Positions 28,658 through 37,956 of a DNA stretch of 64,000 bases are shown here, in pieces. The position numbers and the translations under genes are program-made. This DNA comes from a virus. The notes under the pieces were generated by a model. The model was not told the origin of the DNA. It did not search any database and saw only the letters and a list, made by a program, of their open reading frames with translations. Numbering within the stretch: position 1 is the first letter of the stretch; every line of letters starts with the position of its first letter. Location of the stretch: IMG/VR virus record IMGVR_UViG_3300049571_000582, positions 46,670-110,669 of that record; one strand, written 5' to 3'.

Positions 28658-29043
28658 GCCGAAAAGGAGCCACCGTTAAGTCCGCCCTCCACCGGAAGGT
28701 GGTGTCGCTGGTGCGGGAGATATACCCGCTTTTTACCATCCTCGAAGAGGAGCCGGTGAAGGTGGAGGTGCGGGGCCGCAAGACCACCCTGTTTCTCGAC
28801 ATCTTGATCAAAGAGCTCAATGTCGCCATTGAGTGTCATGGTCAGCAGCACGGAAAGTACGTTACCCATTTTCATGGGAGTCGCGATGGATTCGCCGGCT
28901 CCCAGTTACGCGATCAAGCAAAGGCCCAGCAGCTCCAGGACCTGGGGTACTCCTTCGTCGTGGTGCATCATCACGAGCAGGACCGAATCACCGCCTCGGA
29001 GTTGCTCGACCGCATGACCAAAGCCATTGAGGGAGCATCATGA
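28654..29043 (+). CDS. PD-(D/E)xK endonuclease (DUF559/Vsr-like)
   Basis: LDILIKELNVAIECHGQQH...RDQAK. Confidence 0.75.
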   Translation: MSRKGATVKSALHRKVVSLVREIYPLFTILEEEPVKVEVRGRKTTLFLDILIKELNVAIECHGQQHGKYVTHFHGSRDGFAGSQLRDQAKAQQLQDLGYSFVVVHHHEQDRITASELLDRMTKAIEGAS

Positions 29044-30095
29044 GCGATTTGCCATTGGACGATTTCGTTGATTTTGGGGGCGGCGTCGTCGACGAGCCCG
29101 CCGCCGCTGCACCGCCGGCCGCCAAGCAACCGACGCAGGACACGCTCGCGAAAAAGAACGCCGACGCCACTGTCAGCGAGGCCTCGCTTCGCCCCAAACT
29201 GAGCAAGCCCAACCTTTCGATGGAGGATTCTGGCGGAGGTCCCACGGAAAAGGTCGACCGCCCGGCTCCCGCGCCGGCAGTACCCCCAGCCCCCAAGCCC
29301 GTCCCCTCTGCTGCGGGTCCCATGGATCTCGAGGAGCTCTGCAATCACTTGGCGATACAGGCGGGCATCCCCGACGCTGAGCCTGAGGGCGAGCCGCCGT
29401 CCGAGGAAACGTTTGTGCCGCAATACGAGCACTCGGAAACCGGCGTCAAGGTGCAGCCCACGCAGGCACCCCAGGGGCCCGACATGCCGGTGCCGGCCCC
29501 GCCGACGCAACCCTCGCCACCAGCCCCTGTCGTCGCCTCGAAGGCCGTCGCCACCGACCCGGACGTCGCTGACGCGGATAACCTGTGGGCGGAGATTGAG
29601 GGCGAGATTGCCCGGCTGGACGCGGAAACGGGCTATTGCGTTTTGCGTAACCGGGCGTCTTGCGACGATTCCCGACCGCACCACGTGGCAATCCGGGAAA
29701 TGCGATACAACGCGCTGAGTTTGCCCGATCAATCAGCGTCCTACCTCGCTGCTCTTGAAGCAGCTTTGGCGGCGAATCAGGCGTACGTGCAGGGCCAGGA
29801 GAACTACTGGTCGGCACGGGCCAAGCAGCTTGGCGTCGACCGTGAGAATCTTCTGCGGGCCAAACGCAGCAAATACACCGGCTCGACAGAGAAAGCCAAG
29901 GAGGACGCCGTCATTCGCTCGGAGCCGGATGTTCGGAGGCTGCACCGCGAATACGTGAAAGCGGACGCAATCAAGTCCTACCTGGGCGACATTGGGCAGG
30001 CCTTCGCCAAGGTCGACGACGGCATAAAGCGGCTCGCCGACAATCGCCGCGATGAAGAAAACAGAGCAGGGATCGCCGCTCGGCGAAATACATAG
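29040..30095 (+). CDS. Protein with Pro-rich N-terminus and helical C-terminal domain, possibly UvsY-like recombination mediator
   Basis: C-terminal helical STEKAKEDAVIRSEPDV...YLGDIGQAF pattern; located between recA and dnaB. Confidence 0.45.
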   Translation: MSDLPLDDFVDFGGGVVDEPAAAAPPAAKQPTQDTLAKKNADATVSEASLRPKLSKPNLSMEDSGGGPTEKVDRPAPAPAVPPAPKPVPSAAGPMDLEELCNHLAIQAGIPDAEPEGEPPSEETFVPQYEHSETGVKVQPTQAPQGPDMPVPAPPTQPSPPAPVVASKAVATDPDVADADNLWAEIEGEIARLDAETGYCVLRNRASCDDSRPHHVAIREMRYNALSLPDQSASYLAALEAALAANQAYVQGQENYWSARAKQLGVDRENLLRAKRSKYTGSTEKAKEDAVIRSEPDVRRLHREYVKADAIKSYLGDIGQAFAKVDDGIKRLADNRRDEENRAGIAARRNT

Positions 30096-30098
30096 TCT

Positions 30099-31853
30099 AT
30101 GAAGAACACGCAGGTTAAATCTCAGCCCCAGGTGCCGGTGTATGTCGACGAGAAGGTGCTGCTGCAGGAAGAGCAGTATCTCTACGACGCACCCGCGGAG
30201 CGAGGTTTTATCGCGTGCCTAATGGCCAAGCCCGAGCTGCTCGCCGAGGCCGAGCCCGTCGTCTCGCAGGACATGATCTTTTTCCCGCTGCACAATTACA
30301 TCTACCAGGTGATGAAGTTCGTGGCCAAGAAGGCCGCCCAGAACGGGTGGTCTGTTCAGTTCGACGAATTCACGGTCATGAGCGTGGCCAAGGAGATGGG
30401 GCAGGCCTATGTGGACTCATTTCTCCGCAAGACCGATGGCATGGCCAAGTGGAACGAGCTCAAGGAAACCGCGGCGTTCGCCGATCTGACCAACTTCGGC
30501 TCCTACATGGCGACGCTCAAGGACCGTGCCGCACGGGTGAAGTTTTTCCGGATGGCTAGGCAAATGCAGCTGTCGGTCATGAACATGCAGACCAACCCCG
30601 ATGTGGGGCAGGTGGCTGCAGAGTTTGAGGGGCAGATCAGCGACATCACCTTTGGCGCTGCTCGCGGAGATAGTCGGCTCACCCGCCTCGGTGAGTATGA
30701 AAACGAATTCATGACTTTTGCGGGCCTCGCCCACAAGTATCCCAACGAGCACATCTTTCACCTTCGCCATCCGCGGTTTCACTACTGGATGGATCTCATG
30801 GGCGGCGGGTTTGTGAGAAACTCGCTCACGATCGTTGCCGCCCGCCCGAAGGTCGGCAAGTCAACGATGCTTCTGGACATCTGCATCGACTTCGCCCTCA
30901 TGGGCATCCCCGTTCTATTTCTCGACACCGAAATGTCGGGCATGGAAATGTTCAGCCGGCAGCTCTCCAACCTCACCATGATTCACGAGCACGTCCTGCG
31001 CAAGGGGCGGTTCTTTGACGGGGTGAACCACCAGCACGAGATGGCCCTCGTGCAGGAGAAGCTCGAGATGATGCGCGGTGCACCGCTGTTCTATGCCTCG
31101 GTCGCCGGCAAGCCCGTCGAGTTTGGCATTTCCATGACCCGCCAGTTCCACAGCCGCAATGTCGGCACCAAGCAGTTGGAATGGAACGGGAAAATGCACA
31201 CCTTCTCCAAGCCTTGCCTCGTGGTGTACGACTGGCTCAAACTTCCCTCGGGCTCCAGCGCGGACGCCAATGCCAAAGAATACCAGCTGCTCGGCGAGCT
31301 TTGCATGAGCCTCAAAGACACCGCCAAGCACCTCAATATCCCGATGGTGTGCGGAGCCCAGCAGAATCGAAACAACGTCGGCAAGGACGATCGTGAAGCA
31401 ATTGAAAACGCGGAAGCGTCGCTGTCAGGGTCCGACCGTCTGGCGATGTTCTGCTCGAGTCTCTGCATCCTGAGAAATCCCAGCCTCGCGATGCAGGAAG
31501 CAATTTCAACGAACTGGCCCGCGGCGAGGGAGGGGCGCAAGGGCCAGCAGTCATGGCCGTTCAATCAGGTGTTCCAAGTCATCTTCAACCGCAACGGCAA
31601 CGAGTTCCGCACCGGCATTCCCATGTACATCGACCGTGGTCACTCGAAATACGAAGAGATGGCGTACACCGACGAGGTGTATGCGGCGATGGCTGCAGGG
31701 CAGCAGCCCCAGCAGAAAAAAGAGAGTATGTATCTGGAATTCCTGCGGGAGTTCGTGCAGGCGAAGGCGTATGCAAAGGCGGGTCAGGGCGGTGCGGCGG
31801 GTGGGAAGGTCGTGAAGGTCCCCACCCAGGCCCCCCTCAAAGTTGCGAGCTAA
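30099..31853 (+). CDS. dnaB: Replicative DnaB-like helicase
   Basis: AERGFIACL N-domain, AARPKVGKS, FLDTEM, VYDWL, GAQQNR, GSD. Confidence 0.9.
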   Translation: MKNTQVKSQPQVPVYVDEKVLLQEEQYLYDAPAERGFIACLMAKPELLAEAEPVVSQDMIFFPLHNYIYQVMKFVAKKAAQNGWSVQFDEFTVMSVAKEMGQAYVDSFLRKTDGMAKWNELKETAAFADLTNFGSYMATLKDRAARVKFFRMARQMQLSVMNMQTNPDVGQVAAEFEGQISDITFGAARGDSRLTRLGEYENEFMTFAGLAHKYPNEHIFHLRHPRFHYWMDLMGGGFVRNSLTIVAARPKVGKSTMLLDICIDFALMGIPVLFLDTEMSGMEMFSRQLSNLTMIHEHVLRKGRFFDGVNHQHEMALVQEKLEMMRGAPLFYASVAGKPVEFGISMTRQFHSRNVGTKQLEWNGKMHTFSKPCLVVYDWLKLPSGSSADANAKEYQLLGELCMSLKDTAKHLNIPMVCGAQQNRNNVGKDDREAIENAEASLSGSDRLAMFCSSLCILRNPSLAMQEAISTNWPAAREGRKGQQSWPFNQVFQVIFNRNGNEFRTGIPMYIDRGHSKYEEMAYTDEVYAAMAAGQQPQQKKESMYLEFLREFVQAKAYAKAGQGGAAGGKVVKVPTQAPLKVAS

Positions 31854-31856
31854 GCC

Positions 31857-33014
31857 ATGCTCCAAGATCCGTGGTCTCGGACCGCGCAGGCGGTCCAGCA
31901 GCGATACGTCGACAACCCCGATCTCATTGGAGACCTTCTGGAAAAGATTGGGGCGAGGAACATCACGCCCCACGCACGGGGATCCTTTCGTTCGACCTGT
32001 CCGCTCCACGATGGCGACAACCACCAGGCGTTCGCGGTGTGGGTCGACAAGGGGTACACGGTCTGGAAGTGTCACACTCGCTGCGCTGCGCGGGGGAATC
32101 TCGCCACCCTCATGATGAAGCGGTATCAGGCGTCCTTTCAGGAGGCCGTCACCCGGCTGGCCCAGTTTGCAGGCGTGAAGATCGATGGCCCCATTCTCTG
32201 CCAGTCGATCGAACAAATCGAAGAGGAATCTCTCGCCTCGCTGACCCGGCGTCTGAAGACCAAGCCCAAGACCGAGGAGTACATCTTCGACGAGGGGATG
32301 GTCAAGCAGGCATGGGGATGGTGGCGTCACCCCGATGCGAAGCGAGCAATCCAATTCCTCACCGGACCGGTGGGAACGCTGACCGACACCGGCGAGAAGT
32401 GCAAGGGGTTTCCCAGGGAGATCATTAAGAAGTTCGAGCTGGGTTTTGTGCCGGCCAAGCAGTGGCTCCAGCACAATCCAGCGAAGAAGCACCGTCAGGC
32501 TGGGGAGCTCAACGATGGTTGGTTTGTTGACCGAGTGGCGGTGCCGTGGCGCAATCGGACTGGCCAATGTATCGGATTCGCGGGGCGTCGCCTCGATGGC
32601 CAAAAGTATCTCAAATACCAGAACCTGCCGCTGACCTCCCGCGGCAGCGCCCTTTATGGGCTTCACTTGCCCGATGTGCGGGAGGCGATCGCGCGGACGC
32701 GGGAGGTGATCGTGGTGGAGGGCTACTGCGATGTCCTGCGGGGCCATCAGCATGGAATCCTAAACATCACCTGCCCGGGTGGGACGGAGTTTTCGCCCAC
32801 GCAGCTCCGGCTTCTGGCGCAACTAGGGGTGGAGTGGATCAACATTTTTTTTGATGGCGACCAAGCGGGGGTTCTCACTTCGGCAAGATTGGCCGATCAA
32901 TGTCGCGATGTCAGCCGAATCAGGGTTGCAAGGCTTCCGGACGGAGTAGACCCGGACGACCTCTGTCGGCGAGAGGATTTTCTAGGCGGTCTGGCGACAG
33001 CGAGGCCCGTGTAG
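31857..33014 (+). CDS. dnaG: DNA primase (CHC2 Zn finger plus TOPRIM)
   Basis: CPLH...C..C, GFAGR, KYQN, VEGYCD, FDGDQAG, DPDD. Confidence 0.93.
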   Translation: MLQDPWSRTAQAVQQRYVDNPDLIGDLLEKIGARNITPHARGSFRSTCPLHDGDNHQAFAVWVDKGYTVWKCHTRCAARGNLATLMMKRYQASFQEAVTRLAQFAGVKIDGPILCQSIEQIEEESLASLTRRLKTKPKTEEYIFDEGMVKQAWGWWRHPDAKRAIQFLTGPVGTLTDTGEKCKGFPREIIKKFELGFVPAKQWLQHNPAKKHRQAGELNDGWFVDRVAVPWRNRTGQCIGFAGRRLDGQKYLKYQNLPLTSRGSALYGLHLPDVREAIARTREVIVVEGYCDVLRGHQHGILNITCPGGTEFSPTQLRLLAQLGVEWINIFFDGDQAGVLTSARLADQCRDVSRIRVARLPDGVDPDDLCRREDFLGGLATARPV

Positions 33015-33027
33015 GAGTTTCTGGTCT

Positions 33028-34035
33028 ATGTACAACAATGCCCCCCAAAACAATCAACAAGCGAATCAGGCACCCAATCCGCTGATTGACCAGCTGCTCA
33101 ATCAGGTGGGCCAGGGACAGTTCCCGTGGCTCAATCGCTGGGAGGGCGTCGTGCAGGTGTTCCCCACGCAGAACGCACCCAACGGCTTCGTGTGGCGCAA
33201 CGGCAACAACGGGAACGAAGGCCACGTCGTCATCAGCGGCAAGATCCGCAAGGCCTGGGGTGGCCGGAGCCCCGGCGTCAAGCAGTCCAAAATCCGGATC
33301 AAATGCTACGGCCAAATGGGTCAGTGGCTGAGCAACAACCTTCAGCCCGGCATGCTGATTTACGTGAAGGGCGAAGTGATCTGCGTCCGCTTCCAAAACA
33401 ACCAGGGCCAGTGGGTCGATGACACCCACGTCCAGATTAAGGAAGCCAAGCAGGGCGACGTCACATTCCACATGCTGGGGATGATGCAGGTGCTCGATGA
33501 GAGCAATCAGCAGCAGAACAACCAGAACCAGGGCAACGGCGGCGGATACCGCAACAACAACAATGGCGGCAATGGTGGCAACCGCGGCGGTCGCGGAAAC
33601 GGCGGCAACGGGGGGTATGGCAACAGCATGCCCCAGAACAACTACAACCAAGGGGGCGGCGGCTACCAGAACCAGGGTGGCCAGCAGGGTGGCTACCAGG
33701 CCAACCAAGGAAATGGCGGTGCCAATGGTGGCGGCTACGGGCAGGCCCCGCAGGGTCGTCCGCAGCAGGGCCAGCCGCAGGGCGGGTACACCAACCCGGC
33801 CCCGGCCAACCAGGGCAATCAAGGAGGCTACGGCGGCCAAGCACGCGCGCCCGGCAACGCTGGCGGCGTGCAGCAAGGTCAGGCCCCGCAGGGCCCTGTC
33901 AACCAGGAAGGGCAGGCCGCCGGCAGCTTCGCCCCCGCTCAGAATTCCCCCACGCAGAGTGCAGCCGCTGCTCCGGCCAGCGGTCCGCAGTTCAATGATG
34001 CCCCGCCGATCGACAACGACGACATTCCGTTCTGA
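33028..34035 (+). CDS. ssb: Single-stranded DNA-binding protein with very long G/Q/N-rich linker
   Basis: OB-like core (LQPGMLIYVKGE) and C-terminal DNDDIPF tip. Confidence 0.85.
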   Translation: MYNNAPQNNQQANQAPNPLIDQLLNQVGQGQFPWLNRWEGVVQVFPTQNAPNGFVWRNGNNGNEGHVVISGKIRKAWGGRSPGVKQSKIRIKCYGQMGQWLSNNLQPGMLIYVKGEVICVRFQNNQGQWVDDTHVQIKEAKQGDVTFHMLGMMQVLDESNQQQNNQNQGNGGGYRNNNNGGNGGNRGGRGNGGNGGYGNSMPQNNYNQGGGGYQNQGGQQGGYQANQGNGGANGGGYGQAPQGRPQQGQPQGGYTNPAPANQGNQGGYGGQARAPGNAGGVQQGQAPQGPVNQEGQAAGSFAPAQNSPTQSAAAAPASGPQFNDAPPIDNDDIPF

Positions 34036-34058
34036 CCCACAAACAACGGCACGATACT

Positions 34059-34091
34059 GGGCCGGCAGGCAAGCACTGCCGGCCCGCTTTT
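34059..34091 (+). terminator. Rho-independent terminator after ssb
   Basis: GGGCCGGCAG / CTGCCGGCCC stem followed by GCTTTT. Confidence 0.65.
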
Positions 34092-34103
34092 AAGGGGGGA
34101 TCC

Positions 34104-34748
34104 GTGAAGATCTATTCCATCGACCAATCGTTCAGGGGCTTTGGCCATGTCGTCCTGGAGGACGGCAAGACCATCTTCTCTGAGACCATCAACACCGACG
34201 ACGAAGAGCTGGCAGGGTTCGCAAGGGTCATCCGCCTTCACCGCTCAGTGATCGCAGTGCTCGAGGAGCATAAGCCCAACGTGGTCACCATCGAAGACTA
34301 CGCGTACGGCTCGACCAGCAACAACATCACCGACATCGCCGAGTTGGTGGGCGTCATCAAATTCGAGCTCATTCATCGTCTGGGCTACTCTGACTCCCGC
34401 GACGCTCTTGCCGCAGGAACGAAAGCCCTGTCCATCCAGACCCAAAGCGAGATGAAGAAGTTCAACCTCGGAAGCGGCAACGTCAAAAAGGACTCTCGGT
34501 ACCTGCTGACGGTCATGCAGCACACGGGGATCGCGTTCGAGAACGACAACATCGCCGATGCTTTCATGCACGCCTGGAGATGCGGCATGAGCATTGGGGT
34601 GCTCCAGGGGCGGGTCGAGGTTTCCGGCCTTCCAAAGCATCAGCAGGAATCACTCATATCCGCTGGCGTAAAGCGGACCAAGGGGGTCAGCATGGCCAAG
34701 GCGCTCAAGCTGCCCGAACAACAGAAACGCAATCTTGTGGGGTACTGA
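34104..34748 (+). CDS. ruvC: RuvC-like Holliday junction resolvase
   Basis: IYSIDQS..GFG, TIEDY, ELVGVIK, DNIADA. Confidence 0.85.
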   Translation: MKIYSIDQSFRGFGHVVLEDGKTIFSETINTDDEELAGFARVIRLHRSVIAVLEEHKPNVVTIEDYAYGSTSNNITDIAELVGVIKFELIHRLGYSDSRDALAAGTKALSIQTQSEMKKFNLGSGNVKKDSRYLLTVMQHTGIAFENDNIADAFMHAWRCGMSIGVLQGRVEVSGLPKHQQESLISAGVKRTKGVSMAKALKLPEQQKRNLVGY

Positions 34749-34754
34749 TTCACC

Positions 34755-35270
34755 ATGCCGGCTCCGTCCAAGGTCAAAACCACGTCAGTGACGTCCGGGG
34801 CCATGAAGGTTCTGGACTCGGGTTCGCGCCAGAAGTTTGCGACTGGTGCCCAGCGTGACATCGAGGTGGGAAAGGGCCGTATGGACCTTCTTCCGTTCCA
34901 CGCCCTCATCGAGCTTTCGAAACTTTTCGAGGAGGGGGCCGTCAAGTATGGCGACGGCAACTGGCGGCTGGGGATGCCGCTGAGCAGGTATCTCAATTCC
35001 GCCCTCCGGCACCTCTTCAAGTTCGCATTGGGCATGCGGGACGAACCCCATGAGGTCCAGGCGATTTGGAACCTTTGTGCCCTCATCGAGACTCGCCGTC
35101 TGATCCTTATGGGGGCGCTCCCCAAGAAGCTCAACGACCTCAAGCGTTTCGACGAGCTGGTGACAACCATCGAAAGCCTCGATCTGATCAAGCAGGAAGT
35201 CGCCCACTTCCGCGAGGCCAAAGATGCGGCAACGAAAACAAAGGATCGAAATAAAGGCAGGAACCCGTGA
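34755..35270 (+). CDS. dATP/dGTP diphosphohydrolase domain protein (DUF5664-like)
   Basis: FATGAQRD, GKGRMDLLP, GAVKYGDGNWRLG, SALRH, HEVQAIWN. Confidence 0.82.
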   Translation: MPAPSKVKTTSVTSGAMKVLDSGSRQKFATGAQRDIEVGKGRMDLLPFHALIELSKLFEEGAVKYGDGNWRLGMPLSRYLNSALRHLFKFALGMRDEPHEVQAIWNLCALIETRRLILMGALPKKLNDLKRFDELVTTIESLDLIKQEVAHFREAKDAATKTKDRNKGRNP

Positions 35271-35527
35271 GCGACTTCAATCTTCAATTCGGCGGCGGCT
35301 TTGCCTTCCACACGCCAAAGTGGTGGGAATACAAGCTGTTGGCCATCAATCCTGGCGGCGGCGAGTGGCCCTTGGGTCCACGTGGGTGGGTCACGCTGGT
35401 TTGGAACATGGACGTGTTCGCCTGGGGACGGGTACCAGTCCTGAAACTGGCCATTTTTCTGTCTCTGGTTGCCGGACTTCTGGGCGGGGTGGCGGCCTTC
35501 CTGCTTCTCCGTGCAATCGCCGGCTGA
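35267..35527 (+). CDS. Small membrane protein
   Basis: GTGA overlap; C-terminal hydrophobic helix. Confidence 0.55.
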   Translation: MSDFNLQFGGGFAFHTPKWWEYKLLAINPGGGEWPLGPRGWVTLVWNMDVFAWGRVPVLKLAIFLSLVAGLLGGVAAFLLLRAIAG

Positions 35528-35572
35528 GAATCGCCCGATCAATGCGTATCACGTTGCGCTAAAGGATCCACC

Positions 35573-37042
35573 ATGCCCGTTGACATGTCCGCCATTGGTA
35601 ATCTCTCTCCGTCCAAGCTGGAAAACCTCATCCTGTGCCCGGCCCGTCTTCTCTCGAAGATGAACCTGCTGGGCGAAGAGGAGGTGGAAGAAGAAAAGGG
35701 AGACGAGGCCAAGGTGGGCGTGCTCGCGCACGCGGCGGCCAAGTGGTGGTACCGGCCGTGCGAGAAGTGGAAGCAGCGGATCGCCGGCGGCGATGATCCC
35801 GACGTCTTGGCCAGAGAGGCGCAGGCACTTCGTGATCAGGTCTATGCGAAGCTCACGTCGGCGACGCCTACCGACGAAGAAAGGGAATCCCTTCAGCAGC
35901 TGATCAACGACGCCGACGAGGTCATCAACGAAAAGGGCCTGTTGAAGCACCCCTGGTCGTCCGCGGAGTATTGCCTCCACAAGGCGATGATGGAATGCCG
36001 CAAGGCGCGCTTTGGGTCAGAGCTGATTGCGGATCCCGCCAACATCGAGGACGCCAAACGCCTGTTTGGCCTTATCCGCAACCACTACGATCGAACCATC
36101 CTGAACATCGTGTTCGCTGAACGAAAATACAAGGGGGACCTGGGCAACGGTGTCCCGGTGTCACTGATCATCGACTTGGCACTCGACCGCGGCGGCGGCC
36201 GGCTGGAGATCGTCGACTACAAGACCGGCATGATTGCCTGCACCACGGAAGAAATGTATTCGAAGCATCAGGTCCTCATGAACCTGATGGCTCTACACAA
36301 ACATGACGCCTCGCTGGCGATGTACCCGGAGAAGTCCTTCACCTACTTCTGGGTGCAGATGGGCACCGAGACCGGTCCGGTCTCCCAGACCTGGGAGCAG
36401 CTCACCGATTACGAATACTTCCTTGCCGAAAAGTACCAGGAACTGGTCGACCATGTCGTGGCTGCCCAGAAGCCCGAGACGCGGTCCCAGGTGCCCGAGC
36501 ACACCAATCGCTTCTGCCGGAGCTGCCCGCGGCGGTTCCGCTGCACGCGGTATCAGGAGATGGTCACGGAAGCGATGTGCTTCAAGGAGGTCATGGGCGA
36601 AGATGCCATCAAGTCCCTCGGTGACGACGAGATCATGGCGCGGTACGAGGAAATCGGGCAGAAGATCAAGCTGCTGGAAAACGCCAAGGGCAAGCTCTCC
36701 GAGATCCTCCTGGCGGAGATGGACAAGCGAAAGGTGAAATTCATCGAGGGTGAGAAGCACAAGTGCTCCCTTCGGCAGAATCGTGCCGATTCGATCGATG
36801 GTCCGACGGTGGTGTCGCTCTGCCAGCTCAATAGCATCGACCTGGCAAGCGTGGCGAGCTTCTCGAAAAAGAAGGTGGAGGCCGCGTTTGCCAACAACGC
36901 AGAGGCCATGAAGCGCATCGGTCTGACGATGCGTCGCGGGATGGCTAGCGCCTATCCCGACGTTCGAGCCCGGAAAGCTGATGCGCCCGATTCGCCGAAG
37001 GGAAAGTCGAAGAAAAAGCCTTCTCCCGAAAGCAGCAGCTAG
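35573..37042 (+). CDS. PD-(D/E)xK RecB/Cas4-like exonuclease
   Basis: LSPSKL...CP, GVLAH, AE, IIDL...IVDYKTG, CRSCPRRFRC Fe-S staple. Confidence 0.88.
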   Translation: MPVDMSAIGNLSPSKLENLILCPARLLSKMNLLGEEEVEEEKGDEAKVGVLAHAAAKWWYRPCEKWKQRIAGGDDPDVLAREAQALRDQVYAKLTSATPTDEERESLQQLINDADEVINEKGLLKHPWSSAEYCLHKAMMECRKARFGSELIADPANIEDAKRLFGLIRNHYDRTILNIVFAERKYKGDLGNGVPVSLIIDLALDRGGGRLEIVDYKTGMIACTTEEMYSKHQVLMNLMALHKHDASLAMYPEKSFTYFWVQMGTETGPVSQTWEQLTDYEYFLAEKYQELVDHVVAAQKPETRSQVPEHTNRFCRSCPRRFRCTRYQEMVTEAMCFKEVMGEDAIKSLGDDEIMARYEEIGQKIKLLENAKGKLSEILLAEMDKRKVKFIEGEKHKCSLRQNRADSIDGPTVVSLCQLNSIDLASVASFSKKKVEAAFANNAEAMKRIGLTMRRGMASAYPDVRARKADAPDSPKGKSKKKPSPESSS

Positions 37043-37046
37043 GTTT

Positions 37047-37057
37047 TTGCCCGATCT
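37047..37057 (+). promoter_or_regulatory. TTGCCCGATCT motif copy followed by a hairpin covering the RBS
   Basis: Exact intergenic motif, then AGGCGTC-CTTATGGA-GACGCCT before GTG 37085. Confidence 0.65.
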
Positions 37058-37084
37058 ACGAGGCGTCCTTATGGAGACGCCTTC

Positions 37085-37375
37085 GTGCCTGAAGTTGTTG
37101 GAAAACTTGTTCGGATGCCCAACCTGTGTCCGGACCACAACGCCCCATCGACCACGGTTGTCAACACCGTAGGCGTGGGGCTCAAGAATATGTCGCTGTG
37201 CCGGGGCTGCATTCACTTCAAGCCCAAGCAGCAGAGCAACTGCCCGATCGCGCAGCAACTCTTTGAACTCAGCAACAGATTCCATATTGGGACCATCCCC
37301 ATCCGGTGTGCGAGCTTCCAGCCGCTCCCCGGCGTTCCCCTGTCCAATTCCCGCGGCATCGGAGACGATCTGTGA
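37085..37375 (+). CDS. Cys-rich hypothetical protein
   Basis: LCRGC...NCPIAQ...C; GGAG RBS. Confidence 0.65.
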   Translation: MPEVVGKLVRMPNLCPDHNAPSTTVVNTVGVGLKNMSLCRGCIHFKPKQQSNCPIAQQLFELSNRFHIGTIPIRCASFQPLPGVPLSNSRGIGDDL

Positions 37376-37956
37376 AGTACGAGCAGCACAAAGAACTCAT
37401 TGAGAAGCAGGCCGCGGCGTTGGGCGTGGAGTGCACGACCCTCGGCAGCCCCAAGGCCCCCGTGATGCTCGTGGGCACACAGATGTACGCTGGCGAAAAA
37501 ATCCCCTTCAGCTCGCCGCGGTCCGCGCCGGCGATCAACCTCGTTCAGCAGCTGGGCGTTCCCAAGGAAATGATCCATCTCACGAACCTGTGCCGGCTGC
37601 CGGTCGATCAGGAAGTGCAGCCGTCGGCGATTGCCGACGAGACCGTCGAGTTCCTTCTCAACTACGTGCAAGAACACCTTCCCAAGGCAGTGGTGCTCAT
37701 GGGGGGCGCGGCGATCCGCATTCTCGGAGGCCCGCAGATCAACGATCTTCGACTCCGGAGATGGGTATGGGCGGGGCGGTTCAAGAAGACCACGTTCTTC
37801 GCCACGCATGATCCCTCCGTCGCCTCGGGCCAGGTGGGACTTCTGTCAGTGCCGGCCGCCGAGTTCATGATGGATGTCAAAGCGGTGCTGGAGACTGACC
37901 AGGACTACTTCCCCACGATTCGTCCGGTAGGGGGGTTCCATGGCCAGAGCGCCTAA
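37372..37956 (+). CDS. Uracil-DNA-glycosylase-like protein (family 4 fold, divergent)
   Basis: GSPKAPVMLVG, HLTNLCR, PKAVVLMGGAA, THDPS; the GEAPG motif is degenerate. Confidence 0.7.
   Translation: MKYEQHKELIEKQAAALGVECTTLGSPKAPVMLVGTQMYAGEKIPFSSPRSAPAINLVQQLGVPKEMIHLTNLCRLPVDQEVQPSAIADETVEFLLNYVQEHLPKAVVLMGGAAIRILGGPQINDLRLRRWVWAGRFKKTTFFATHDPSVASGQVGLLSVPAAEFMMDVKAVLETDQDYFPTIRPVGGFHGQSA

Noticed and set aside
35573-37042. Cas4 indicating a CRISPR-Cas system
   Set aside because: Solo RecB/Cas4-like nucleases are common in phage replication modules; no other cas genes or array
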